NCBI RefSeq assembly: GCF_964194155.1
Contig: NC_135888.1
Span: 104,470,001 to 104,534,000, forward strand
Direction of reading: 5' to 3'
Length of the DNA: 64,000 nucleotides
From: Cetorhinus maximus
Lineage: Eukaryota
Shown: positions 1 to 12,631 of the stretch, in pieces
Layout: each line of letters opens with the position of its first letter
Position numbering within the stretch: position 1 is the first letter of the stretch
The notes under the pieces: model-generated
Database searches by the model: none
What the model was told of the DNA's origin: nothing
Seen by the model: the letters and a program-made list of their open reading frames with translations, nothing else
Translations under genes and position numbers: made by a program

Positions 1-844
1 CATCAAGGAAAAAGTCCTAAACCTCAATTGGTGCTCACAGTCCCCTGTTGCATTGCTTAAAAAGCTATTCTTTATGTGTGAGCCTACACAGTGAGTGTTG
101 ACAAGCTTTTGACTCTAGGGGAAATATCAGTACTAAGATTGATAATTTTATCACCAAAACTACAAACTCGTGTGCCTCAAAATTAGCTCCTTGGTGCCAG
201 AGCCAGGGAGTGAAATCATGGCTCTGTTTCTGGGCTCCTTATCCATCACCTGACCCCCTACCTCATTTAACCCTCCTCCTCACATACTTTGGGTGCCCAG
301 AATTGGAAACCATAGTCATAGTGGAATAGAACTGTTTGTTTTATATAAGTTTAGCAAAATTTCTTGGCTTTTGTACTCTATGCCTTTATTTATAAAGCCT
401 ACCAAAAGCTCAGATTTCAATATGATATACTTTACAACCATGGCTTTGTCAGACAATTACACACAATCCAGGCATTCATATTATGCAACCAGCTTCTCTT
501 TTTGACCCTGGCATTATGTAATATCTGGACAGCAACATCCAGAAGACTTGAACCTCACAAGCACCACAAACACCAATCCCATGTACAAATGCGAGTATCT
601 TGAAATAACAGTGACATATTCTTTTGGCGCATGACTCCTGATTTCACTTCCAAGTTTCAAAATGGCAAAACCATCCAGTAAATTAGCACCAACCTATTCA
701 TCTGCAATGATGTGCTATTTCTATCAACACAAGTGGGCTTTGTTAACAGAAAAATTGCACCTTGCATTGAGTGATAAATATTTTCTCATTGTAAATTGAA
801 ACTAACCTCACTTAATGCCCAGCCTGGAGCATATAATAGTAGAG

Positions 845-1050
845 CAAAGTGCTGCAGATGCTGGAAATCTAAAATATAAACAGAAAATGCTGGAAATACT
901 CAGCAGGCCAGGCAGCATCTGTGGAGAATGAAACAGAGTCAACGTTTCAGATCCATGAACTGCACTAGTGCTGACAAAGGATCACTGACCTCTGTTTCTC
1001 TCTGCACAGGTGCTGTCAGACCTGCCGAGCATTTCCATCACTTCCCATTT
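845..1050. mobile_element. Short fold-back (head-to-head) copy of a Penelope-like element (PLE) 3' tail
   Basis: Left arm GCTGGAAATACTCAGCAGGCCAGGCAGCATCTGTGGAGA pairs with right arm TCTGCACAGGTGCTGTCAGACCTGCCGAGCATTTCCA. Homologous to the PLE tail at 34405-34530. Centre palindrome GCACTAGTGC lies next to a decayed hammerhead core CTGACAAAGG. Confidence 0.8.
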
Positions 1051-1754
1051 ATACTGGAGCAAAAATAATCCCTTTTGCCAGTCTTCCAAAAAGCAGTCAG
1101 ACTTCTTGTGAGCCTCTCATTCTCCTTCAGCAAGAAACCCAGCAGCAGCTTCCTGAGATCTGGTTTGGCTCAACATTAAACATGAATTTCAGAAACAAAA
1201 GTTAAGATATGAAGAAAATATAAACAAATTGCTGAGGAAAAGAAATCAAAGCCAAAGCAATAAATTGATAGTTTTGAAAAATGAGTGATTAATAAAAACG
1301 ACAATAAGAAGTGCCAAGCAGCAGAGCTAACTAGAAAACTTTTTTGCTTATGAAGCAGAGCTAGAGAGAGAGAGAGACAGACTCAGCCACAACTCCTGGC
1401 CGCCAGGGATGGGGGAAGGAGTTGGGTTTAACTAACATCGACCTTGTGCTCGCATGCATTCAACAGCATGAGGACCCTCCGCCAGTGTTATTTAAAGATA
1501 TCATCATCATCCAACTTGAAGGGGTTAGTTGCTTAGTATATTCTATCGACTCTTGCTGAATTTGTGGAAGTATTGGATGTTTGGAGAAGTTCTCAAAAGC
1601 CAGGAAAGACTGCATGGAATGGCATTGGGCATTGGCAAGGCAATAATTGAAACTGTTAGGTCTCTGAGTGTGCCACTTGCTCCCATTCATGAGGGCTATG
1701 GTTGCAGCCCCCTTGGGCTGCACCATCAGAGGGAGATGGAATAAAAGGATCCTA

Positions 1755-1865
1755 ATCAGCACTTGACAGGCCTCTTGGGCCCCTGAGGGAACAGAACCTC
1801 TCTTCCTGTTTGCCTCCTGCACCAAGGATGGTCTCCAGCGCAGCATCTGAGAACCTTGTGACACA
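1755..1865 (-). pseudogene. Relic of a Harbinger Myb/SANT gene N-terminus (old element probably spanning ~1400-2200)
   Basis: Frameshifted minus-strand translation VTRFSDAALET/LVQEANRKR/EVLFPQGPKRP resembles PRFSDDCLAALIE and PRFSDECLTILLEEVA in the two large Harbingers. Confidence 0.55.
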
Positions 1866-2629
1866 TTTTTTGGTCTGTTGCACCATTTCTATTGCTTATG
1901 CCAGGTCTCCCACTCTTCTTCAAACAGTTTCAGCTCCCACTGCAGCCAAATTACACCTCGCTTTTGTGAAGTACACTGGCTTTGAGTTTTGCAGGCTAGC
2001 TTAAAGTGGTTCTAGTCTCGTATGAACATATGCCCCCTGCTGAGACATGTAGCAGCTCAGTAGCACATTTGGCACTGGGTAATTGCACTCCACAATCATT
2101 ATAATCAGCAGGCAGCATGAGGTTTACATACTGCCTGTGTCACTTTGGATGGGTATGGGGTAATTGTGCATCACCATCCCTACATTTGATTTTGGGGGCT
2201 CTGCATACCCCCATGAACTTCTGAACAGGGCCCCTGGAATAGTGATCAGCAGCTACAACCCTAATGATTTTTATATCCTTGTCCCACAGAAACTGAAACC
2301 AACTTAGTCCTATTGCTCTCAATGAAATCATAATAAACTAGGAATCAAAACTGAAGTCTTCCGGTCTGTATTGTTTAGAGCTAATCCTCCTTTATCCAGT
2401 TGCTCTCAGAAAAGACTCTGATGTTTTGCCCTCCTGTTCTTGTTAACAAATTTAAAAACAGCCAGCGAGGGGTAATTACATGCTCCAAATGCAGCACAAA
2501 AAAAATGACCTTAGAATGATAAGCATCAAATTTCAAAACTTAGCTAGTGATGCAGGATCTCATTGCGGCAATTAGGGTTTGAGATCTTGGGCATTGGGTG
2601 CACCACATTTCTTGACAGGAGAAAGAACA

Positions 2630-2910
2630 AAAAGACTTGCATTAATATTGCACCTTTCATGACCTCAGGATATCCCAAAATGCTTTCCGACCAATGAAGG
2701 ACTTTTGAAGTGTTGTGATATGAGAAACACGGCAACCAATTTGTGCACAGCAGGATCCCACATACAGCAATGTGATGTTGGTTGGTGGATAAATTTTGAC
2801 TGAGGATACCGCAGAGAAGTCCTCTGCTCTTCTTCAAAGCAATTTGGTGGGGTTTCTGATATCCCCCTGAAAGGGCTGACATAGCCTTGATTTAACGCCT
2901 CATCTGAAAA
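2630..2910 (-). mobile_element. Deu-domain SINE (SacSINE1/AmnSINE1-like) fragment
   Basis: L2-type tail AAAGACTTGCATT..CACCTTTCATGACCTCAGGA and Deu-like core CCTGAAAGGGCTGACATAGCCTTGATTTAACGCCTCATCTGAAA. Recognised from memory of the family; similar copies at 13505-14520 and 60415-60515. Confidence 0.65.
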
Positions 2911-4454
2911 GTGAGTGGGACAAAGGGATACTGCAGACTATCCTGCTGTAGTAACATTCTTAAAGCTACCTTTCCATCGTGAAATGGCAAGTTTTCTTTA
3001 TTTTATTGGAAGCATAGGTTTAGTTATTTTGCCTGTTTTAGGTTAGTTTGACATGGTGGCTCCCTCTTTTCAAAATGTCATCAATTAGTCAATGAGCTAC
3101 AATTTCAATCAGGAAGACATGTTCACGAGAGAACAGAAAATGTAGATGCGATGATACCTGAGATAGGATAATTTTAACTTAAATCACCAGGTGGGAAACC
3201 CACAGGATCGGGTAGAAAGATGATTTTACATTCCACCAATATTATGCTTCACTGACAGATGAGGAGACATCTCAATGAGAAGCAGTTTCCTATGCCCCTT
3301 CTCTTGCTATGAACTCATATCATAGAAAGGCATACAGCACACATATACTGCTTAGTTAGCATAAAAGACCACCATGTATTTTGATATCATCGTTCGATAA
3401 TCCACTGGAAAACAAAACTTACTTTTTGAGCTGTAATCACTTCAAGTGTGAATATTTTAACCAGGTTCTCACGTGTAGCTCCTATGTTCTTTTTAAGTTA
3501 AATAACCAGAGAATACATCAAACATTTTTCATTAAGAAAATGTAAAGAAAAAGTGAACTAGACAATTAAGGAACTGAACAAATCAGTCTATACATTGAAT
3601 GTTTTTCAAATGGACCTTGTCGGGCATGACTGTGATTAAGTTACCAATAAATAGGTTTACTTGCCCTGTTCGATAAATGACCCTGTGACAGCAATGCGAA
3701 TTGATCACTTTTAGTGCTGTCAATTTAAACTCTCTTTGGTTCAATACACTTCAGGTTAGAGGTGAGTGTAGTTAAAAGCCACTTTATGAACTTCCATTCA
3801 GAAATGAATGGTACCCTACAAACATTTCTTTCAAATAATCTCTGCAAATTATCCACCTTACATTTTCAGAGCTAGAAATTTATTCAGGTCTGTTTCAGGT
3901 GCAAAAAAGTAAATATTTTGGCAGTACACCAGAAACCAGAGTTCTGAGGTTTAACAGAATTTGGGGCTTGGACAGCATATTTCCAGCAAGCAGCAGAATA
4001 CAGTCAGACATTGGAAAGCAGCTTACAGATTCAACGAGAGATAATTTGGACCTACTGTGCTGCTGGAGTTGGCCCTCAGATAATTTCTTGGGGGGTGGTG
4101 GGCTTGGTAGGGCAGTCATAGATGGGCCTGTATTGCTGTGCTGGCATGGATAGGCCCATGCAGTGCTGTGCAGCTGGAGAAACACTCTTACTCGCAGCAA
4201 CTTCATGTGAAGGTAATTTGAAAAGAAAATACTTTTTGGTGGCAATCTTCAGTCATCCTTTTGAGGGCTTCTGGCTCTGCCACTGAAGAAGCCAAGAATT
4301 GAAAGCAACATTGGCAGCACATGCTCTGCTTAATCCTAATGAACTTCTAGGACGTCCTGACCAGGGATCAGGCCCTTCATTAACATGTGCAAGGGAATAT
4401 TGTCTGTTTTAGGTAGCCACCTGGAAAGCCTGAATAATGCCAGAATTAATATGG

Positions 4455-4590
4455 CCTTGGAAGGATCATCATCAACCTGAAATGTTAACTCTGTTTTTCT
4501 CTACAGGTGCTGCCTGACCTGGTGAGTATTTCCAGCATTTTTTGCTTTTATTTCAGATTTCCAGCATCTGCGGTATTTTGCTTTTGCTTT
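4455..4590 (+). mobile_element. PLE 3'-tail copy
   Basis: GAAATGTTAACTCTG..GCTGCCTGACCTGGTGAGTATTTCCAGCATTTTTTG..GATTTCCAGCATCTGCGGTA matches 34434-34530. Confidence 0.8.
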
Positions 4591-5317
4591 GTCACGGGAC
4601 ATATTTCAGGCACCAATGGGACACAAGAGACAGCACCAGAAAACTGGTGTTTATTTGCCCCTGTTCTGAAGGGTTCAATTTTTTCCCTAATGTATTCTGG
4701 AAATAGATAACTAAAATCAAAAATGTAGGTCCTGTGCTCTGCTGCTGAACATACCACAGTAGGGACTCCTGAATTTCTGCAGAGGAACATTTTGATTCTA
4801 ACCCATTCAAGGAATGCAGGATATTAAATTAAATAGTTGGGTTGGGTGGCCTGCAAAAGCACAATATTGGTGCTTGTGCTGACTGCTGGCTGAGAGGCAC
4901 TATTTCACTTGATGGTGGAGTCAGAGGCCCTTTTAAGGTCAAATAGAAACTATCATTTTTTTTCTAGTGCCCTCAAAGTGAATCCTTAATTGAAAGGTAA
5001 TCAATATCCTCTGAATATCGATCAACTTTCTCTTGGGCAATCTGGAAAGCTTTGTTAAACACACAACAAAACTCATGCCAGCTCTCTGTGAATTGCATTA
5101 AACCCATCGAGTAGACTGGAGTATATCCTAGACAAGTTCCCAAAACCATCCTAGGATGCAAGCAAAAGATCTATTCACACCTCAACAAATTTTTGCCAGA
5201 CAACAAATGGGGCGGAAACTATTGCTGGTCACTTTGGCTCCTGGATTATCTGCAGTAAATTATATCAATCCAAATGATGATGAATGGAGATGGAAGTGAC
5301 TTCAATTCAGACACCAT

Positions 5318-6034
5318 GGGAAGAGATTGCCCCCCGTCGGGGGTCGGGGTGGGGGAGCGCAGGAGTGGGCATGTGCAGGTGTGCTTCCGATCGGCGCCCC
5401 CGATTGGGGGTGTGCCGCCATTTTACGTGGGCGAGCCAATTAAGGCCCACCCAGCGTAACGTCCACCAGGAAGCGCTGTGGTCTCCCTGTGCAGGCAGGG
5501 GGTATTCCTTCAGCCAAGAGTGCGCTCTTTAGCGTATGTGTGTGAAAGAGCGCACTCATCTCCCTGAGGCTAAGTGCTGCCTCAGGGAGATCGGCACCAA
5601 ATTCAAAAATGGTCAATGCACAAAAATAAAATTTCCCTGACATGTCCCCTCATGTGACACTGTCACATGAGTTGGGACATGTCCATCACTTTTATTCAAA
5701 CTTTTAATAAACTTTTAAAAGCCTTCATGAAACCTCATCCTGCCCGTGGATGAGGCTTCATGCTTTTTCCAATGCCTGCCAGGGCTCCCGGCCTGCCCAC
5801 CAACCTTATGGTTGGACGGGCAGGTCCATTAACTACTTGAATTACTTTTTAAATGGCCTCAATAGGCCATTGAAAGGTCGGCAGGCGCACAGCTGACTTG
5901 GCTGCGCCCCCGCCGACTGGAAAATTGAAATGACGTGGGGTGATGTCGGGAATTCCGCCCAACGTCATCCCACGTCATTTTATGCATCGACGAGCAGGCC
6001 CCACCCCCTGCTCACTGACCTCAATACCCTGACT
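5318..6034. mobile_element. Non-autonomous Harbinger (~700-bp MITE family)
   Basis: Degenerate GGGCAGAATTTT-type TIRs, TSD CAT/CAT, several internal hairpins. Ends homologous to the termini of 8429-12852. Confidence 0.85.
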
Positions 6035-6154
6035 CATGGATCAACTATCAAATTTTCATATGTATATCAGTGAAGGGGTGGCCTCAGGTACTTGTATCTC
6101 TCATTGATATTCATAACCCCCCCTCTGCATAGTGCTTCTATGTGGACAACACAC

Positions 6155-6278
6155 TGGGCGGGCTTTAATTGGCCCTCCCACGTAAAATGGCACTGCACAC
6201 CCGATCGGGGGAGCCGATTGTAAGTGCGCCATTCAATCCCCACCCCACCCCCGCCCCCGACGGGGGAAAATTCAGCCC
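6155..6278. mobile_element. Terminal fragment of the ~700-bp Harbinger MITE family
   Basis: TTAATTGGCCCTCCCACGTAAAATGGC...GGGAAAATTCAGCCC terminus. Confidence 0.75.
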
Positions 6279-6284
6279 AAGGGG

Positions 6285-6901
6285 TTTTTATATCAATCTA
6301 AGTGATACATTTATTAGTTTACAACAAGGTATTAAACACATACACAAGGCTACAAATTACTACTACCATAATTTTTAACAAATTCCCAAATTAATCTCCA
6401 CTAAGGCAACAACAACCAATAGACTTAACCAGGCACCAAGCAAAGCATTTTCAACTTACAAATTAGGTTCATTTGCAGACAGTTGTAGGCTTACAGCTGC
6501 TTTGATGTTACATGCCTCTGCTCTGCACACACAAAAATGCTTTCTGTTATACGCAGCACTTCCCTTTGAATGTAAATTCTCATTGTATCACCAGGCCCTT
6601 TGAATTCCACCTCTTCTAACAATAAAACCCCTTTCATAGTACCAATTTTATTAGTAATGTAAACATGTTACTTGATGTCTCCTAGCTAGGTGCAAGATTT
6701 CACTCCCCTTCTTGAATGCTCTATTCAACAAAATGCAAATGCACTCTACCTCACTGTTTACATCTCAAAACTACAATACATCAAAACACCCAGGCTAGCT
6801 TGCTTTAATCCAATTAAAACACACATAGACACACCCACAGACTAAACCTCTATTTAAAAAAAAATTCCAATAACATTATATACATTAATAGCTTTATGAC
6901 A
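6285..6901. mobile_element. Partial solo-LTR-like repeat, same family as 27593-28368
   Basis: Collinear similarity over ~600 bp to 27750-28368. Ends TTATGACA. Confidence 0.7.
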
Positions 6902-7254
6902 CAGATAAAGAATAATTAAATAAGATGCTTAAAATATTATGATTTTATCTATTTTATTTTTATTTAAATGTTAATCATAAAAATGTTGGCTTATCATTTT
7001 TAAGTTCTAAATTATGGTAATTGGATATAATTAAAAAGTAATTAGAGATGGGTAAGTTCACCTTGAATCTCAATTCCAATCACACAGCTCTTATGCTTAT
7101 AATTCTTCCATATTAGTGGGCTGGATAAATATAGATGATTATATTTGCTCCAGTAAAATTATAAAATTGCATATGAGAAATGTAAGTAAGGAATCCATTA
7201 TGCCTGCTGATGACAGTCTAAAATGGTCAAACTGGTGACGTATTGGTCAGGAAC

Positions 7255-7570
7255 AGTCTGAGCTGGGACATGTCAATGAACATTAATGAAAAAATGTATT
7301 TAATTTATAAACCCTGCATGAAACCTCATCCCGCCTGTGGAGAGGTTCCATGAAAAATGCAAAGGCCGCCTGGGCTCCTCGCCTGCCCGCCAACCTTAAT
7401 AGGCCTTTGACGGTTCGGTTGGCGTGCAGCCGAGTTGGCTGCACGCCCGCCAAACTGAAAATCTAAATGACGCGAGGTGACGTCGGGACGCCCACCCGAT
7501 GTCACTGCGCATCATTTTACACCTCGGCGAGCGGGCCCAGCCCTCGCTCGCCGAGCCGAAGATTTGGACC
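7255..7570. mobile_element. Half copy of the ~700-bp Harbinger MITE
   Basis: GAAACCTCATCC hairpin, ATGACGCG..CGCATCAT hairpin and degenerate TIR AAGATTTGGACC. Confidence 0.75.
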
Positions 7571-7654
7571 ATAAATTTTGGATGAACAGAAGGATAGATC
7601 CGGTATTTTTGAAATGAAGAAGAGCTAGAACAGTGAAGTCCAAAGAGTCTTAGG

Positions 7655-7905
7655 AGGGCATGAAAATAGCACCACCTGCAAGTTGCCCTCGAAGTCACAG
7701 ACCATCCTGGCTTGGAAATATATCACTGTTCCTTCATTGTCACTGGGTTAAAGATCCTGGAACCCCCTCCTGAACAGCACTGTAGGAGTACTTTTACCAC
7801 ACAGCCTGCAGCATTTAAAAAAGACAGCTCATCCCCACTTTCTCAGGGGCAATTAGGGATGGTCAATAAATGCTGAGCTTGCCAGCAATGCTTACATCTC
7901 ATAAA
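7655..7905 (+). mobile_element. 3' end of the CR1/L2-group LINE family seen at 53100-56290
   Basis: CACCACCTGCAAGTT..GGGCAATTAGGGATGGTCAATAAATGCTG..CCAGCAATGC tail matches 48165-48400 and the reverse complement of 53100-53340. Confidence 0.8.
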
Positions 7906-7908
7906 TGA

Positions 7909-8050
7909 TGCTATGATCCCCGTAGAGACCGATAACTTTTAGAAAGATGTATGAGTTTCCCAGTGCCAACTCAAGTGACCGCATGTCAAGATTTCACATT
8001 TTAAGACTTTTACTGTAACAAACAAATGAAAATCAACAATGACCAAACAT
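7909..8050 (-). mobile_element. LTR-like 3' end fragment, same family as the end of 28430-28985
   Basis: TGCTATGATCCCCGTAGAGACCGATAAC..CACATTTTAAGACTTTTACTGTAACA matches the reverse complement of 28860-28985. Confidence 0.6.
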
Positions 8051-8908
8051 TACTTCATGGGCAACTAATACACTGAACTACAGAGCTTCTTAACACACAC
8101 AAACCCCACGCCGTGTTTATACATTATACCACACTCTTGCAGTCTTACGTTTAAAGTCCAACTCCTCCCGGTGTTAACAAAATCCCTTCGCTGCATGCTT
8201 TTAAACAAGCTTTGAGTACTGTTGCTATATGCATTGTCACCTATTGCTCAGGTTCTGCCGACATGTTTAATTCAAATAGCCTTATTTTATCTCCAGCTGT
8301 TATTAAATTTTCGTTCTTGGTCTGATGTTCCAATGTCCTTTTAACATTAGCAATCTGAGCTTCTGATTCTTTCGACACATCTTTAGTTGAAACAGTAATT
8401 TTCACAACAGGAGTACAGAAGGACACTTGGGCAAGAATTTTCCCATTGGCATGCGGGGGCGTAAATTGATGCGCGGTCACGTCGGGCGAGCATCCCGACG
8501 TCACTGCGTGCCATCACGATATTTCGTTGGGCGGGCATGCGATGATATCCAATGTGCACATGCTATTAATTAACGGGCCACTTAAGGCCCTTTAGGCGCC
8601 AATTGATGGCGATTTTTCGGCACCCATGTGATCTTTGGGTCGGTGTACGGGCACAACGGGCAGGCGAGTAGGACACATTTGTATAAACCTCATCCACGGG
8701 CGGGATAAGAGGGCTCGGTGAGGTCTCAAGTGTACTCTGTCAAATATTGATTTTTTTGAAGTTACTGATACTTGCCTGTGTGATATGCAAAACTTCAAAA
8801 CGCGTACCAGCTGCTAGGGCTGGGACTCACAATGTTCAGGTCAGCACTGTGCAGTGAAGAATCTTTTTTGGGCCTGCAGGTTTCAAGAAGCCTTCCCTTA
8901 GCCTGGGA

Positions 8909-10123
8909 ATGGGAGTTGAACTCTCCACTGGAGGCACCTCCTCTGGGGAGGAATGGAGGGCCAGAAGAGGGAGGAGGCCAGGAGTGCACATTCAGCCTCC
9001 AGGGGAGCCACCTTTGGGAGGACAGGCACAGGCACAAGGGGTGCTGGGCCAAGAGGTAGTCCAAGGTGGAAGGGGCCGCAGAAGACATCTTCTGCCAGTG
9101 TATACAGGCGGCGAAGCAGCTACCTCAATGTGTCTGAGGTGCAGTGCCGAAGGAGGCTCCATCTCTCAAGGGAGACAGTCAACTATATCTGTCAGATGAT
9201 TGGGCCTGAGATCTCTGCGAACTGTGTGGGTGGACACCCCATGCCAGTGGCTCTAAAGGTCACAGCTACCCTCAACTTCTATGCCTCTGGCTCCTTCCAG
9301 GGACAGGTGGGTGATCTTTGTGGTGTCTCCCAATCAGCTGTCCACACTTGTGCCAAGCAGGTTACAGACGCTCTGTTCAGGCGTGCATTGACCTTCATCC
9401 AATTCCGTTGAGACCAGGCAAGCCAGACAGAGCGAGCCAGAGGCTTTGCGGCGATTGATGGCTTCCCCTGCGTCCAGGGTGCAATAGACTGTACACATGT
9501 GGCCATCAAGGCACCAGCAGTTGAGCCCAGTGCCTTCGTCAACAGGAAGGGCTTCCACTCCATGAAAGTATCACTGGACACTGATTCTACAAGTCTGTGC
9601 AAGGTACCCGGGCAGCTCCCACGATGCCTACATCCTCAGACACTCCCAGGTGCTGGGGCATTTCAGTGCTCCAGCCCGGCTGGATGGATGGCTGCTGGGT
9701 GACAAGGGCTATCCCCTCAGAAGGTGTCTCATGACACCTCTCCGCCATTCATGAACAGAAGCTGAGCAGTGGTACAATAGGAGCCGCGCCTCCACAAGGG
9801 CTGTGGTGGAAAGAGCCATCAGTCTTCTCAAAATGCACTTCCGATGCCTGGGCCACACAGGGGGTGCACTTCTGTACTCCCCAGATCGTGTGTCGCCTAC
9901 AGTGATAGCATGCTGCACTCTCCACAATCTTGTGCTGGAAAGGAGGATCGCTGTGGACAATGATGGTGTAGATGCAGTGGCTGCGGCTGCAAACGATGAG
10001 TCCAGCAGTGAGTCCGAGGATGAGCACGTACAGGGAAATGCTGAGGGGCTTGACGCTGACCCGGGCATACTCCAGGGAGGCAGGGACACCCTGGAGGCTT
10101 CAATTGAACAAACCGTCAGCTAG
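8909..10123 (+). pseudogene. HARBI1-type DDE transposase of copy A (stops and frameshifts)
   Basis: LKVTATLNFYASGSFQ, GFPCVQGAIDCTHVAIKAP, FVNRKGFHSM, WLLGDKGYPL, VERAISLLKMHFRCL, ACCTLHNL. Stop at 9409-9411 and a small deletion near 9568. Confidence 0.92.
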
Positions 10124-10447
10124 CACACCACATATGGACCTCCAGGACAAGCCTGGGCTGCAGGCTCCATACTCGATACCTGAGTGCAAAATCTGCCTGG
10201 ATAGGAACATTAGCTAAGGGCCTTGTTAATAAAGCTGAATGTCCCACAAAACACTCATTACATTATTGATAACCATCCACCTGCAGAAGAAAAGAGGCAC
10301 CCTCAGCCATGGTGACATGTCTGAACTTAATATTATAACAGAAGGAACTTAAGAAAACAAAATGACAACGGTGTTAAAAATCACACCAACTCATAAAGAC
10401 CTCATTGTGGGCCAACAAAAAGCACCAGTGATAAACCCGTGGTGTGC

Positions 10448-12631
10448 CTAATGTGCCTTATGTTTATGCTTTCGGGTGCTACCTCTTGGTGCTGACCCCT
10501 TGCTGGGACTGGCATCTGAGACAGCCTGCTCACTCTGCTGTCCTGTTGGCCTCGATGACCTTGGCAGCCGTCCTTTGGCCTGTGGAGCCTGTTCTGGCCC
10601 CGCTCGGGAAGGAGCTGCCAGTTCCACAGCGGGCATCTCCCCAGTCATCACAGCCTCACCAGATGCAATGGTCACTGGCAGAGGGACAGTGGAACTGCTG
10701 CCCTCATCCGAAGTGCCCTGAAAGGAGCCCGCAGAGACGACAGGCAGCTGCTGCGCCGACGTGAGGTCGCTCCGGACCTCCCTGCTCACCATGGATAGAT
10801 GGGCACTGAGCTGAGAAACTTGGTGCCCAGGCCATCTAACACACTAGCACTGACCAGCTGAGGTCAATGCCGATGTGAGGGCTTGCTGGTCCGAGCGCTT
10901 CCCAAGGAAGTCCTGATGGGTCTGCTGGAGGAGCTTCTCCACGAGTGTCACCACTCTCTCCATTGCAAATACATGGCGCTTGGCCATGAAGGTCAATTCA
11001 TCGGCAGTGGTCCACATAGACTCCTCCACCACGGACACCAAGCTAAGCATAGCCTCGTGTATCTCCCCCAGATGCTCCCGCACACCCGGCCGCATTTCCT
11101 GCACCTGCTGCATCGCGGGCAACTCCAGAGGCACATCATCGGGCACCGACTGAGCATGTGCCTGGTCCCCTGCAGTCCTCTGGCTGCTGGCGCCATGGGC
11201 ACTCTCTATCTCTGCCAGCTCCTCCAGCGGCTGTGAAGTGCCGTCACCGCTGTGCCCCAGGACACTAGCCGATGTTCTAATTCCTGACAAGGTGCTATTA
11301 TCTGCGCTGGTGCCTGCCTGGCAGAGATGGTGTGATGCTGGTAAGTCCGAGACTTCAGAGCCCTTAGGCCCTGCTGTTCCTCTTCTCAGCCCTGCTCCAC
11401 TGATGCTAAAAGGAAGAACAAGGATATTGGATCAGTTAACGTGGAGACAATGTCCATGTGCATTCCTGTCCCCCGGATCATTATGCGCTCATCCTTCCAT
11501 AAGCAATGGTCAAGCCAAATTGCAAAATTCAATCACTGAACATTCAGCACTGCTAAGGCTGCTGGGAGAACAATGCTGACCTCACTGCTGGGAATACATG
11601 CCTGCCCGTGGCACCCCAGCCTCACCGACACCAGTGGACCTGGGTGCATGGCACCTTTTCAGATCTAGGGCCTCCTGCTCGAAGCGGCTGAGAATCGCCA
11701 CCTGGGCTGGCCCTCTGCCAGTCCTCACCCACTCGGTGGCATTATGTGCATTCCTCTCCTGAAAAGGAGAGAAGAGCATTGATTAGTGCCACTTGTACCT
11801 GGACTCTCTTCGCGGACGGCCCACCCCAACCAGAGTGGGACATTGCAGGGCTCCAGTGCCTCCTCACCCTGCTACTGCCAAACGCTCACACAAAGATGCC
11901 AGGCCTATCCCCACCCTCCACCAGCCCCCCCTCCGCCCCCTTGGCCAAATGTTGCCTACATCACTTTAGGTACCTCACGGTCTAACCTTCCATATCAAGG
12001 AAGCACAGAGGGCGGCAGATCAATCGGTGCCGACGCCACCTTGAAGCTCCCCTCCCAGCATGTCATCACCCTGACTTTGACATATCCTGGAGTTCCAGCA
12101 CTGTGCCTAGGTGCAGCTCCTCCAGGTTGCCCCCAGAAGAGTAATGTGGGTCTCAGTGTGCCATGAATGCTGCGGATGCAGAACCCATCTCTTCACCACT
12201 CTCAGGGTGACCTGGATATGGACAATATCTGCTGGCCCACCCAGTGAAGGACACATGCCGTCAATGATTCAATGCAGTCACTGCACTCAGACTTTGCGTG
12301 GGGTGGGGGCGCGCCAGTGGGGAAAGCTGACCTGCTGGGTTGTGACCAGTGCCAACATGGTACTCACCCTTCTTGAGCGCAACAGGTCAGTGAAGCGCTT
12401 GCAACACTGGATCCAGGTGTGCCGCACCACGTCATGGGAGATCACCACCTCCGCCACCTCCTCCCCGGTACATTGGCCATGTGGTGGGAAGGTGTCTCCT
12501 CCTCCCGTCCTGGGGTACGAGGACCTCCTGCCGTGCTGCCACCCCCCCTCGATGAGTGCAGCAAGGCAATCATCAGAAAAACGAGGGGCACAGTGCCCTT
12601 CCTGTCCTACCCTCCTGCCCGGTCTGCTCAC
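10448..12631 (-). pseudogene. Harbinger Myb/SANT DNA-binding protein gene of copy A; 3 exons ~12631-12368, 11758-11602, 11405-10448
   Basis: PRFSDDCLAALIE...EEVAEVV..TWIQCCKRFTDLLRS. Donor AGG/GTGAGT, acceptor TTTTCAG/GAG, exon 2 RTGRGP motif, basic C-terminus RKHKHKAH*. Splice positions match copy B. Confidence 0.82.

Noticed and set aside
5540-5765. CRISPR-like array or bacterial terminators suggested by recurring palindromes
   Set aside because: The palindromes differ from one another within a unit and recur only as parts of dispersed MITE copies. There is no repeat-spacer periodicity and no cas gene, and the context is eukaryotic.
8909-10123. Domesticated host HARBI1 or NAIF1/MSANTD gene
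   Set aside because: Both genes lie within TIRs, carry stops and frameshifts, and have multiple paralogous relics in the window, so they are transposon copies.
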